A stretch of 48,134 nt of DNA from Nemertoderma westbladi (GCA_032718475.1 JAUCBJ010002798.1:1-48134); one strand, 5' to 3'. Counted from the stretch's first letter, positions 10,566 to 23,864 are shown. A program made the numbers and translations. Notes: generated by a model from the letters alone, not told the origin.

Positions 10566-12444
10566 ATTATTTCAAAATATAGTAAATTATGTAATACTGA
10601 AAGAGAAGACGATATTTAAATCCGAATGTTTATTTACTTTTTAGTAGAAAACTATAAATTAAGATGAATTATTTACTTTCTTTGTAATACGACAATAATA
10701 TTGATATTCTTTATTTTGGTTGAAAATCTGCTTTTCTGTACAAATTTTTTATGATGGTTTAAAATATTCAAATATTTGTTTTTATTTACAAAATATTATT
10801 TTTAGATAATTAATTTGTGTTAATATTTATATTATTCCCTGCTTTAAAAATGTTCTAGAACAAAAATTTGATCCAGAACATTCTAAAATCATAGAAATGC
10901 ACATGTTATTCCTAAAATACATTATTAAGATACATTATATTTAGTAAGATCACAACCAATTCCTTATTACATATTTAATTATTATTTTATTTTAATTTAA
11001 TTTAATTTTTTAAGTCAATTAATTTTCACCTTACTGTTTCACTTATCAGCGCTCAACTTATCAAAGCAAAAAAGGAAATTTTTGCTAAAATCAGTTTATT
11101 AATATAACAAAATATTAATAATTCTATTGTTATAAATGATAAATAAATTAGTATAAAATTAGTTTTATTTGTTGAAACGAATCAATAAAGATGTTTAAAA
11201 ATAATTTAATTTAGAAATGAAAATTTAATGTAAGATTGTTGAAAATTTGTGGAGAAAAAATAGAATGTCAGTAGATTATTATTTATGGTGATACTATATG
11301 GCTCGCTCCATATCCTTGGACGATATGGGAGAGACCTACCGGTAAAAGTCAGTATGTTAGTAGATTATTATTTATGCTTAAATAATACCGATTTTCAAAC
11401 AAATTTATACATTTGTATTGATAACATATGAACTTTATGCCAAGTTTCCTAGGTCTGGATATTATTATAATAAGATTCGTAAATTATATTCCATTTGATA
11501 ATGATATTTTGGGCGAAACAATTCAAAATGATATGAATAATAAAATTTTCACCGTGTAGCCGTGAAATGGGTACGATTCGAATGTGTTAAGGATAATTTA
11601 ATTTATGTATTAAATTAAAATGTGCTACTTGTACCATGTCGTACAAGAGTTACAACCATGGTAGCTGACGCATATTTAACAGGAATACTTTGTGTGAATT
11701 AAAAAAAATAATCCACGGAGTATATTATTGTATTTCTAGTAATATATTATAATTACAAAAATATGGTAATAACTTCGTGAAAATAATATTCAGTTTAAAA
11801 ATATAACTTTTACTACATTACAAAAAAGCTATGACTACTGATCTAGATCAAAACACCAGCTGGTGCTCATGATAAAATGATAGTGAGGGCCTAGTAAAGC
11901 TATTGAATGGATAGGCCCAAACTACTCACTCACTCTAAAAGTAAACAAACATCAACTGTTAGTTTGTAATGTATTACCCCGTCAGCTGAATAGCTCTTCC
12001 CAGTGAATCCTATGGGAATGTCTAAAAGGTTATACTCACTGTGCTATGTTAGGTGGCAGGCCAGCTGAATGAATTTTAGTTAGACAGAGTACTTCTGTTG
12101 ACTATGGGGGTGTTTAGTGTACTGAAATGTACTCTGTTTTAATAATAATATAATTGTTGTATTTAATCACAATAATTTTTAAATCGCAGTTTAAATTGAA
12201 ACATCTCAACTTGTTTTATTTACAAAAATAAGAACGAATTCGCCTTATTACTTCGTTGTTGGCGCGATTGCATTGAATTCATGACAACAGCTGTTATTAT
12301 AAATCTATTGACACCGCGACTCCTCTCTGACTACTCCATCCAACATAACAAATCATTTCGCTAATATTTATAAGAGAAGAAAGAATAGGAAATATTTATA
12401 CTTCTTGAGACTTAATCCTTTATTAATTCTTATTTATTAAGCAA

Positions 12445-12600
12445 CAGGTTGGTCTTAACTTTCCTGGGACTTCCAAACAGGAGGCACTGGTTCGATCCCT
12501 GGATTGGGCAGCACTATTTGGACACAGTAATGCTGCTGCCTAGTCCAACCCTGGCTTTCATCCTTGACTGGTCGATAAATGGGAACCAAGGTAACTTTGG
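12445..12600 (+). mobile_element. Degenerate tRNA-derived SINE head/core
   Basis: Pol III B-box-like GGTTCGATCCC at ~12489. It is followed by GCTTTCATCCTTGACTGGTCGATAAATGGGAACCA, which resembles from memory the Meta/MESC-type SINE core. No clear A box. Confidence 0.5.
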
Positions 12601-13591
12601 AAACAGAGTGGAAGGGTTTACTATCGAAGATCACCCATGGTGGTGAACAGGCATTCCTTTAGGGAACAGAGTGGAAGGGTTTACTGTGGAAGATCACCCA
12701 TGGTGGTGAACAGGGATTCCTTTAGGAAACAGATTGAATGGGTTTACTGTGGAAGATCACCCATGGTGGTGAACATGCTTTCCTTTAGGAAACAGAGTGG
12801 AAGGGTTTACTGTGGAAGATCACCCATGGTGGTGAACAGGCATTCCTATAGGAAACTGAGTGGAGTTTACTGTGGAAGATCACCCATTGTGGTGAACAGG
12901 CATTCCTTTAGGAAACAGAGTGGAAGGGTTTACTGTGGAAAATCATCCATGGTGGTGAACAGGCATTCCTTTAGGAAACAGAGTGGAAGGGTTTACTGTG
13001 AAAGATCACCCATGGTGGTGAACAGGCATTCCTTTAGGAAACAGAGTGGAAGGGTTTACTGTGGAAAATCTTCCATGGTGGTGAACAGGCATTCCTTTAG
13101 GAAACAGAGTGGAAGGGTTTACTATGCAAGATCATCCATGGTGGTGAACAGGCATTCCTTTAGGAAACAGAGTGGAAGGGTTTACTGTGGAAAATCACCC
13201 ATGGTGATGAACAGGCATTCCTTTAGGAAACAGAGTGGAAGGGTTTACTGTGGAAGATTACCCGTGGTGGTGAAAAGGAATTACTTTAGGAAACAGAGTA
13301 TAAGGGTTTACTGTGGAAGATCACCCATGGTGGTGAACAGGCATTCCTTTAGAAAACAGAGTGGAAGGGTTTACTGTGGAAGATTACCCATGATGGTGAA
13401 GAGGCATTCCTTTAGGAAACAGAGTGGAAGAGTTTACTGCAGGAAGATCACCCATGGTGGTGAACAGGCATTCCTTTAGGAAACCGAGTGGAAGGGTTTA
13501 CTGTGGAAAATCATCCGTGGTGGTGAACAGGCATTCCTTTAGGAAACATAGTGGAAGGGTTTACTGTGGAAGATCACCCATGGTGGTGAAC
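12598..13591. repeat. Tandem array of ~16 x 63-bp units
   Basis: Unit AGGAAACAGAGTGGAAGGGTTTACTGTGGAAGATCACCCATGGTGGTGAACAGGCATTCCTTT. More diverged between copies than the other arrays. Confidence 0.95.
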
Positions 13592-13676
13592 ATATATTTC
13601 TTGGCATAATGAGCCTAAAAGATTCTCGCATTCTCATCGCATATTATGTAATTATCTAACATTTAATTCGTTTCAG

Positions 13677-13837
13677 AGGGACCTGCTGAACCAAGTAGTC
13701 TTCGACTTACCCAGGTAACTAGTCGTTCTGTTTCATTCACCTGGTCTCACAACTCCACTGATAGTAACCTTAGATACAGAGTCTACATTCGCAAGAAGAT
13801 GGGACCCGACCACAAATGGCAACAAATCGGCGTACCG
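13677..13837 (+). CDS. LAR-like Ig/FN3 receptor, exon D (FN3-1, first half)
   Basis: tttcag| acceptor, |gtaaat donor, phase 1-0. Encodes GPAEPSSLRLTQVTSRSVSFTWSHNSTDSNLRYRVYIRKKMGPDHKWQQIGVP. Confidence 0.85.
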
Positions 13838-14232
13838 GTAAATTGAATTATATAATATAAGACTCACTCATATAAGTAACAGTATTAAACAGTTCTCTTA
13901 ATCAAAATTTAAAAGTAAAAGAGTTGCACTCTTGGTATCTTTTCTAGAGAAGTATCTTTCTAAACTTTCTAAAAAAAATCCATTAATTTTCAGAAAAATA
14001 ACTAATCCAGAAACATGTCAGTCACAAAATCGAAATGCATTCATTATAAAATACAGTACTGTAACTACTGTACTACTGTACTAACTACTGTAATTGCATT
14101 CTTATATTCTAGTTTGAGTATTTGGTCCACGAAAATTCAAGAAGTCAATAGTTTTAAAAAATCTTAATATTATACCAATTTTTCATATTCTTCATACCCA
14201 TTGTTTAGGCCTTTACTTTATTCATTTTGCAG

Positions 14233-14464
14233 ACTTTCCAAACTGCGGCGACTGTCCAGGACCTGGAGCCGTACACTTGGTACCAGCTGGCCGTGCGCGC
14301 CATTCTAAACAATAAACGCAGTCGTCACTCCCAATCCGTCAACGTGCAGACATCCCAAGAAGTTCCGGAAGGCCCTCCGCGTGACGTCACTCTACGTTTC
14401 GTCTCGTCATCGTCATTACTGGTTGCTTGGAAACCACCAATCAAACCGCAGGGACGGATAACAG
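14233..14464 (+). CDS. LAR-like Ig/FN3 receptor, exon E (FN3-1 end, FN3-2 start)
   Basis: ttttgcag| acceptor, |gtaata donor, phase 0-1. Encodes VQDLEPYTWYQLAVRA...QTSQEVPEGPPRDVTLRFVSSSSLLVAWKPPIKPQGRIT. Confidence 0.9.
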
Positions 14465-14660
14465 GTAATATTCCATATTTCATAATTATTAATTACGGTA
14501 TTATTTGATTCAGTCAACTTAAAATATTGTCGTTTATTTATATAATGTTTAATATATTTTATTTTTCGGGTTACACAATGGTGGTGTAAGTAGTTATTAA
14601 GTTTATTAGAAGAGCTGTAATATTGTATTTATAATGTAAAATTTACAATGTATTTTCCAG

Positions 14661-14858
14661 GATACACTGTTCGGTATACATCGGAAGGGGCTATACCTGT
14701 GACGTCATGGGAGACTATGCTTACGGGACCAGTTACTATGGCAACTATTAATGAAGTGGAACTCGGAATGAGGTATTGGGTCCGAGTTGTTGCAGAAACC
14801 GGGGCTGGGAAAGGGCCACTGAGTGCAGTCAGTAGCATAACTGGGAGCACCACAGGAA
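14661..14858 (+). CDS. LAR-like Ig/FN3 receptor, exon F (FN3-2 second half)
   Basis: ttttccag| acceptor, |gtaagt donor, phase 1-1. Encodes YTVRYT...W...TINEVELGMRYWVRVVAETGAGKGPLS. Confidence 0.9.
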
Positions 14859-15199
14859 GTAAGTACTGATTGGTTGATGTGGGTTGTAATTGGTTGAGTA
14901 TGTGAAAGGGAGAAGCTAAGGAAATGGAAGGTAATTTGTTGGAAGGAATGAGTTAAGGTGATTGGTTAGAATTACGGAGAGTAGTGATTGGTTGGATGAA
15001 AAGAAGGCAGGTGCGAGGTTATTGGTTCTTGACACAACTTGGTTTTAAGTAAGTGCAATATGTCAGTGAGCGAGTGATTTGATTGGGTCGTAGAATTATA
15101 TTTAAACGGCAAGGTGGAGAGAGCTGTGATTGGTCAAAGTTATGACATCATCAACATTAATGTTGTTTCCGTGTTTTGATTTTTTAACCGTTTGCAACA

Positions 15200-18100
15200 A
15201 ATATACCTGCAGCAATTGCTAAAAGAGGCCATCTCTCGCCTCTCCGACGCCGCCTCCCTCCCGTCCCTTTCCGCAATCTCCAAGGCCGTCGCCAAGGAGG
15301 TGGAACCCCTCAAGAAGGCCGTAGACACCTGCCCCGTCGAGATCACGAGGCCTCGCTCTGGAGGCATTCGTGGGCAATCGTACCGACCTCCCCCAATGCA
15401 ACCCGCCCAGTCGCCGCCCCGCACCACGAGACTGGCCCCAGCCAGCCTCCAACATTCGCCGACGCCGTTTGGTCATCCCGCACCGTATCACCGGCCCAGT
15501 GGGATAACCGCTCGGGGCACCCAGTCCGGCTGCTCCCACGGTTAGCGCGCCGCCTCCCGGCCCTCCACCCGTCTCCCGCCACCGCCCTCGTCGTGTGGCA
15601 GCCAGGGGTTCACGATTGAACGCCACAATCGCCGCCGCTCCCCCTCTGCCCCGTCTGGCATTTATTCATATAGGCCGGGTCGACCCAAAGGACTCCGTGG
15701 AGAAGGTTAAATCTTTTCTCCGGGCGGAGAACATCGAATTCAGGGACGTCTCTTGCCTACCTCAACGTGGTGAAAACTCGCCCTATGCGTCTTTCCTGAT
15801 CACGTGTTTGCAGTCATCCCGGGATCAGGTGATGGACCCTTCCCTTTGGGGACAAGGGATTACAATTCGGAATTACCAACCATCCATTGAACAGCGCGCT
15901 AAGTTCGGCCTTCGACCGAGGCCAACCAATCGTTTCCAGCAGAGACGACCGCAAACGCCTCCGCCGCCAGCTTCACCAGTCACCGACTCCATCGCCTCGG
16001 ACACTGAGCGGGTAGAAAGACTACCTGCCGTCGCCCAGTGCCTGCCGCAGTCCGCTTCTCCACATTCATATGCTCAGTCCTTATATTTAATGTACGGAGC
16101 ATTCTTGATCGTAAGCGCCGAATCTGTTTCGCCAACGCCATCGCCGCGTCTAGCTACGACATACTCTACATTACTGAGACGTGGCTAATGAGCGACGTCC
16201 CGGACGGTGATCTCCATTTACCCGGCTACAACATCATCCGGGTGGAACGTCCCCCCAAGTCCTCAGGCTCTTCGGCACACGGCGGCTGTCTCATTGGTAT
16301 TCGGTCAAATATCCCCTATATTGAAGTAAAAGTTCCACCTAGTCTAACTACCTCAGCTATAGTAACTATAATTGGCACCGGGAACTCCAAATTAATGCTA
16401 ATAAACGTATACAACCCCCCTGAAGTCAGTCATTCCGCAACACAAACTTAATTTTGCCTTAATTCTAAACCTGCAGCTAGCTAACTGGCCCACTATGTTT
16501 TCTTCCAACATCTATGAGAACAACATCCTTCTTGCTTTGCACTCCATAAACTGAAGCAACTAGTTGATTTCCTCACCACCCACACCTCCACCCTGGATGT
16601 CGCCCTCACCGACTGCGAGTCCATGGTCAGCATTGAGCTCGATCCTGTTTTCAACTCTTTGTTCTCTCTCGATGGCCGCTGTCTCTCCGACCACAAGCCA
16701 GTTTGGCTAATAATTGAATCACAAATCCCAGATTCCAATGTCCCGTCAAAGAAGATAGTATATTCCGTCAGCCGCGCCGACTACAAGGGCATGCGTAAGG
16801 AAATTAAGGACTCACCTTTTTCTCCTTGAGATTCGGCTCCCAACGCTGTTCTCAATGAATGGTACTCGTGGGTTGCAGGGTTGATATCTCGGTTCATACC
16901 GAGACGAACTAATCATTGTCAAACCCTCCTCCCATGGGCTTCTTCATCGTCGTCTAACCCGCAAAAGAGATTAAACACACTGCGCAATAAACTCACCAAA
17001 CGGGTCTCTTCCAATCATACACTATCCGCTAAAATAACTGCCAAAGAATCTAAACTCAACCTCCAACTACAACAGGATCAGTCTGAATATGAAAAATTAA
17101 CCTTTGAAAACTCCCGTTTCGATATGATTTTCAAGTATTTGAAATCAATAAGAAAAACCAACAACATCCCGCCAATTGTTAAATGGGGCAACAAAACTGC
17201 TTCCACCGAACCTGAAAAGGCGGACCTGTTTAACAGGTACTTCCAGTACGTCTTCAACCCACCAAGCGAACCCACCCACCTCGACCACTCCAGCTTCCCC
17301 GGTTGCGAAGACGATTACAATGTCTCCTGTGAGTCGATCTCTCTCTGAGGTTCTCGCGAAATTAAAGACCAACAAATCTCGCAGACTCGACGATATTCCA
17401 CCAGCTTTCCTCAAGTCTCTCGGACCTGACATCGCCCCATCTTTGAACGTTCTTTTCAGCATCCTAAAAGCCACAAACACATTCCCGGACTTTTGGAAGT
17501 GCGCTCTACTCTCTCCCCTCCATAAAAAACTAAGTAAAATGTACAGACAACCACAGTCCAGTATCCCTCCTCTGCATTATCTCCAAGGTCTTCGAATCCC
17601 TCGTGTTTCGTCCACTTTACCGGCATCTAGCCCCTCGCCTGCACTGCTCCCAGTATGGTTTTCTCCAACGAAAATCTACTTCTGTACAACTGCTCCAATT
17701 CTTAGATGCAGTCTACAAAGGTACAGAAAACAACTTAGAAACCATTGAGACAATCTTCAAAAACTTCAAAAACTGTCGGACATTGGTGTTAGAGGAAATA
17801 TGCTTCTAATTATTAAGTCCTACCTTTCGAATTGCCAACAGATGACGAGGATCGGAAACTCCACCTCCTGTCCACTTCCGGTCGGCAGCGGCGTTCCCCA
17901 GGGTGCCCTGCTCGCCATCCGCATCTTCCTCAACCACAATGACACTCCAACATGCATCGTACACTCAATCCCTTTTCTCTTTGCTGACGATATGAAGGCC
18001 CTTTCAATGGTTTCCGACCAAACTCCTCTCCAAGCAGACCTCGACCGTCTATCCGACTGGGCTGTTAACAACGCCATGTCCTTCTCCAAGGACAAGTTCC

Positions 18101-18993
18101 GCCATCTCGTCTTCTGCGGCAGCTCGCCCGACCGAACCATCTCTGGGTTCACAATCGCCCGAGCCACCTCCGAGAAGGACCTCGGACTAATTGTGTCGAC
18201 CGACCTCTCCTGGTCGGCGCACATCTCCGAGCGGGTTGCCAAGGCTACGTGGGCCTTGTTCCAGCTGAAGCGCTGCACGTCGCCGCTTCTGCCGGAGTCC
18301 GCTCGCCTCGCCGCCTACAAAGGCCTCGTGGTACTGATTACCGCCTACGCGTCCCAGTGCTGGTTGCCAACCGCGGCGATATGAAACTCATCGAGCAGCT
18401 ACAGCACAGGCCCAAACGCTGGGTGACGTCGTCGGACCGCCCCTATAAAGGCAGACTCCTCCAACTTAAACTTCTTCCCCTCAACCTTTACCTGGAACTG
18501 CACGATCTTCTCCTGCTTGCTGCCATCATCAATGATCGGTTCGATTTTGATTGGCGTCCATTCGTCAACTTTCATACGCCACCTGCTAACTGCCCAACCA
18601 GATCTAACAGACTTTTCGACCTCCCGCGGCAAACCAAGGCTACCTCGCGCCGGAACTTCTGGTTCCGCTCGCAGTGGCTGGCCAACAGACTTTCACCTTC
18701 CGCAGATCTATTAAATCCAGCAGGTTTCAAGCAGCGGCTCGCAGCGATCTACTGGGATCATTTTGTGCACAGGTATAATGATGATAACCTGTGCACATGG
18801 CTCCTGGCATGTTCCTGCAGCCTCTGTATTAACACATATAGCTACTACTGAACTGTCAAGGATCATCCTTAATTGTATTACTATATTTTTCGTGCACTTA
18901 CCCACTGTCTGTCTCTCACTCTAGGGTTAACACCCTTCAGCGCCCGGCTCGACCGTGGAGCTGTAAATCCATTTATTATTATTATTATTATTA
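15200..18993 (+). mobile_element. Frameshifted CR1/L2-group LINE (ORF1 remnant, AP endonuclease, reverse transcriptase, (ATT)n tail)
   Basis: APE motifs 'NVRS', 'ITETWL', 'GG', 'VYNPP', 'SDH'. RT motifs 'QYGF', 'SGVPQG', 'LFADD', 'EKDLG'. C-terminal CxCxxC. Several frameshifts and stops. (ATT)n at ~18971-18993. Confidence 0.85.
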
Positions 18994-18994
18994 T

Positions 18995-19380
18995 ACTACT
19001 AGGTCGAGCGAACTCGGACAGTGGAAATGAGATCCTTCCAGGCTTCCCGATTCTCTGTAGTTATCGCAATTTCGTTTCTCTCAAGTTCAGTATCAATTTC
19101 AAGTTGATCTATATATGTTATGGCTGGTCGTCCACGACTACGCTTTCCATGAGTTGGTTGCCAGAGAAGTAGATCTGGTATGACCTCGTCTTTACTTCGC
19201 CAGCAGTGTCCACTGAATCTTAATATATCCCTCAATCAGTGTCCGTAGCGCAAGTATCTGAGCTATTGTTGATCTATTTGGTCGACATCCATTTTGGTCC
19301 TTACGCATCACTTTCTCTATGTGAGGCCGAATTCTATATAGAATCATTTTGTTTCATATTTTGGCAGAAATAACATACAG
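18995..19380 (-). mobile_element. Internally deleted RTE LINE 3' fragment, same family as 45943-48134
   Basis: ~18995-19225 is near-identical to ~45948-46178. ~19240-19365 matches ~47070-47195. Ends in a TAG-repeat tail. Confidence 0.85.
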
Positions 19381-20652
19381 TGCAATAACATACAACATAC
19401 AATAACATACAATAACATATAGTGTTCGCCCATAATAAATATATTTATTAAGATATTATTCACAGATGATCACAAATATAATTTGCTCTTTTCTCTCAAT
19501 TGCCAACGAGAATGTTTATTGTTTGGTTAAAGTGTCTCTGTAGGCCTACACTACAGGTAGCCAACATCTCTTCATAATTCACTTTTATAGACAATTATCC
19601 ATTTTATTTTATCATACATCTTATATTTGCAAACAGCTATAGTGAATTGAGATACTCAAAGGGAGTTTAGTTGACCGTGAATGAACCTCACAATAATTGT
19701 GCTGCGTACTGAGTAGGCCAGTAGACATTGTCTGAACAGAGTAATTCTACACAATATACGCACATACAGTAAGCTTAGCATTAATGCATTAGACCTACTG
19801 TACTACTGTACAGTAGCTATTTTAATTTACTGGAGATGATAAAATAAATTTATTTCCTAAACATGTGTTTGTTTGTTGTTAGTACAGTAGCAGGCCTAAG
19901 TATTCCATTGATATATCATAAATCGTCGTATATAAAGTACAACAAATGTGAACGATACATAATTATTACTGAATTAAAACAAAACTGCACTTTATCTTCA
20001 AGATATTTAATAAATATATCCTACTGTACCGCGCTAGGAGGAGGGAGGTGCAATGTAGTATACCCTAATATATATAAAGGATTGAAAATATTTTTATTTT
20101 ATCTTAATTTTCGGAATTCGCACTCCGGTAACTTTATTTATTAGATAAAATTAATACTAAAACTTACAAACATACAGACTAAAACATACAGAACTCTATA
20201 TAATAACATGAAAAATAAATGTTCCCAAATTTTAACAATTTTTCGTTTATATAAATTGGCTGCATTCCTACGTTAATCTTGTGGTCACGTGACGAATTTA
20301 TTCTTTATAAGTGACACCCCATATCCCTTAATAAAACAATATTAATGCAATATTTAGCCACCTCAGTCGGCTTTATTTGTCGTCTTTAGAATGAAATCTA
20401 GATATCATTAGAACCGCCTTCATCTGCAGATTCCGAATCTGAAAACCGTTTTAAATTTTCAGTGAAGTAAATTCAAAGTGAAGAACCTTCTCCCATTTCG
20501 TTATTTATAATGCTTTTTAGCTAATGCTTAGCAGATGTTTACTCAACCATTAGGCTGAATTTATGGGGAGGACACTGACCAGTCTGCGGCAGTTCTCCAG
20601 TTTTCCGATAAAGGTAAAATATTTGACTGTTTTTTTTAACCTTCACCCATAA

Positions 20653-22094
20653 TGAACGGATCCAAGTTGGATGTTGGACGGATCCAAGTTGGATGTTGGA
20701 CGGATCCAAGTTAGATTGAACGGATCCAAGTTGGATGTTGGACGGATCCAAGTTGGATGTTGGACGGATCCAAGTTGGATGTTGGACGGATCCAAGTTGG
20801 ATGTTGGACGGATCGAAGTTGGATGTTGGACGGATCCAAGTTGGATGTTGGACGGATCCAAGTTGGATGTTGGACGGATCCAAGTTGGATGTTGGACGGA
20901 TCCAAGTTAGATTGAACGGATCCAAGTTGGATGTTGGACGGATCCAAGTTGGATGTTGGACGGATCCAAGTTGGATGTTGGACGGATCCAAGTTGGATGT
21001 TGGACGGATCCAAGTTGGATGTTGGACGGATCCATGTTGGATGTTGGACGGATCCAAGTTGGATGTTGGACGGATCCAAGTTGGATTGGACGGATCCAAG
21101 TTGGATTGAACGGATCCAAGTTGGATTGAACGGATCCAAGTTGGATGTTGGACGGATCCAAGTTGGATGTTGGACGGATCCAAGTTGGATGTTGGACGGA
21201 TCCAAGTTAGATTGAACGGATCCAAGTTTGATGTTGGACGGATCCAAGTTGGATGTTGGACGGATCCAAGTTGGATGTTGGACGGATCCAAGTTGGATGT
21301 TGGACGGATCCAAGTTGGATGTTGGACGGATCCAAGTTGGATGTTGGACGGATCCAAGTTGGATGTTGGACGGATCCAAGTTGGATTGGACGGATCCAAG
21401 TTGGATTGAACGGATCCAAGTTGGATTGAACGGATCCAAGTTGGATGTTGGACGGATCCAAGTTGGATGTTGGACGGATCCAAGTTGGATGTTGGACGGA
21501 TCCAAGTTGGATGTTGGACGGATCCAAGTTTGATGTTGGACGGATCCAAGTTGGATGTTGGACGGATCCAAGTTGGATGTTGGACGGATCCAAGTTGGAT
21601 GTTGGACGGATCCAAGTTGGACGTTGGACGGATCCAAGTTGGATGTTGGACGGATCCAAGTTGGATGTTGGACGGATCCAAGTTGGATGTTGGACGGATC
21701 CAAGTTGGATGTTGGACGGATCCAAGTTGGATTGGACGGATCCAAGTTGGATTGAACGGATCCAAGTTGGATTGAACGGATCCAAGTTGGATGTTGGACG
21801 GATCCAAGTTGGATGTTGGACGGATCCAAGTTGGATGTTGGACGGATCCAAGTTAGATTGAACGGATCCAAGTTTGATGTTGGACGGATCCAAGTTGGAT
21901 GTTGGACGGATCCAAGTTGGATGTTGGACGGATCCAAGTTGGATGTTGGACGGATCCAAGTTGGATGTTGGACGGATCCAAGTTGGATGTTGGACGGATC
22001 CAAGTTGGATTTTGGACGGATCCAAGTTGGATTGAACGGATCCAAGTTGGATTGAACGGATCCAAGTTGGATTGAACGGATCCAAGTTGGATCC
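20653..22094. repeat. Tandem array of ~66 units of 22 bp (GGATCCAAGTTGGATGTTGGAC) with 20-bp variants
   Basis: Directly visible. Each unit has a BamHI site and the interrupted palindrome ATCCAA-G-TTGGAT. Variant units recur in higher-order patterns. Confidence 0.95.
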
Positions 22095-23399
22095 TTCCTC
22101 CAAGTAAAGCAGCTTTATACTGTTTGTTTGAGAGAATGCTCACTTATGGGACTTAATTATTAATTATTAATTTTTCGTTAATTATTAATTTATGTTTGAA
22201 ATGGTGAAGAAGTTTATCGACTAGAAAGCCGTAGCGGAAGGCCACGGGCTCGGCTTTCTATTAATAAAATAATTTATAATATTTAAGTTATAATAAAAAC
22301 ATTTTCAGAGAACTTGAATTAATTGCTTCAACCTTATCCCATTATTTAATTTGTGCCAACCATAAAAGTATAATGTTCATTAGGCCTAAATACAGTTTAC
22401 TGAATGTAGCGTAGACCTACAGCATGAGTTTGAGATCTTTGGGGAAGTATCGAAAATACTAGTAAAAACGTTAGGCCAATACATAAAAATATTCCGAGGT
22501 TAATCAATATGTTTTGTTGGAAAACAAAGACTAAATCCGGAGTTTCTGAAGAAAAATCCAAAATATTTCGAACTAGGGCATATTCCAAAAGTGAATTCGA
22601 AGCGTTCGAATTGGAATATAAAAAACACGTCATTTCAAAAAATCGAATCAAAAAGGTTTGGACCATGGCGCAGTCGACCAACTTCCTGGATAAACAGACA
22701 GCCGCAACTTGTGAGATGAAAGAAATTCTTCAGTCTCTCACTGCTGATAAAAACGACCCCTACGCCGATATGACGCTGCGAGCAGACACTACAAGGGGAA
22801 AGAGCAGACAACGGCAACAGAGTCCAAAACCCCCAATGTAATCGATGCATTCAGAACAGTGACGTTAGAAAGAGAAGAAGACAGGTGTACAGTATGTAGG
22901 CCTATGAGGCCTGAAAGTTATGGACATCTGAGAATACCAGAAGATTAGGCCTACTGTACGTACATCAAGACGGTAATGGACAGCAATTTCAATGAGCCAA
23001 TATTAATTGGTTCATTGCAAAATTACAATAATTAATTAAATTTGTTCTTCTGTTAGCTCACCTAGCTGTTCTACAGTCGCATGACCTATAGATTGAATCC
23101 GACATACTGTATGTACTGTATTACTTTCGTTGTGTCTCCAGGTACCACTGTCAGTTGTTGATGTAAGCCTACAGTACTTACTGTATAAGGTTATCAAGGT
23201 ATTTTACTATCAATCAGTACTGGTCATGGTGGATAGACTACTACTAATACTATAATCGGCCTGCTGCATTGAAGCTGTACATTAAGATGCGATGCCAGGT
23301 TAACAAAAACGTTTTGTCCAATCCACAATTGGCATGTCCAATGCCGTGTGCATTAAGAATGCTATGCCGGCTTATCAACAAAGTTGCACCGCCACAACT

Positions 23400-23800
23400 C
23401 CCTATTCCCCATGACTTTATTCGTGGGATTATCCGCATCTTCAAGGCCAGTGTCCTTTAGGAGGCGTCTCACGAAAGTCATAGGCTGTCCACCATGCTTA
23501 TTTACACCATGGGACTGCGTCAAGATTGGGGGAACCAATGGTGGTTGGAGATGTGTGCATTATACATATACAGTGCTTGACACAATGAACCCGGCGTAGC
23601 ATTCTTGTGAATGTGCCATCCAGAGATTTGGTGTTCTCAGCAGTTAGAGCCCAGCATGGACTCCCATAGAGGAGTAATGGTTCTACTGCTGCATTAAATA
23701 ATCGGACCTTAAGTTTCCGATGAATTCTCTGACTTCCAAATCCTGGAAAACCCATTCAAGGCTGCCGATGATGCCTTATTTCCCTTACTTATCCAGGTCC
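23400..23800 (-). mobile_element. Decayed RTE LINE fragment
   Basis: ORF 23498-23755 'LKVRLFNAAVEPLLLYGSPCWALT...LDGTFTRMLR' parallels the intact RTE ORF. 23430-23510 resembles 3910-3990. Confidence 0.75.
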
Positions 23801-23864
23801 TCGCCTGGTGGATAGACAACCTATCATGTACTGTACTGTGTTAACTTGTATACAGTACAGTGTG

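Noticed and set aside
12480-12510. tRNA gene suggested by GGTTCGATCCC
   Set aside because: No cloverleaf or acceptor stem can be formed. Better explained as a SINE head.
12637-13609. 280-aa ORF of 21-aa repeats
   Set aside because: Coincides with the 63-bp satellite, has no unique domain and is broken by a frameshift near 13440.
20539-22143. Many long repetitive ORFs on both strands (e.g. 422 and 444 aa)
   Set aside because: By-products of a stop-poor 22-bp repeat read in all frames. Mostly non-ATG starts.
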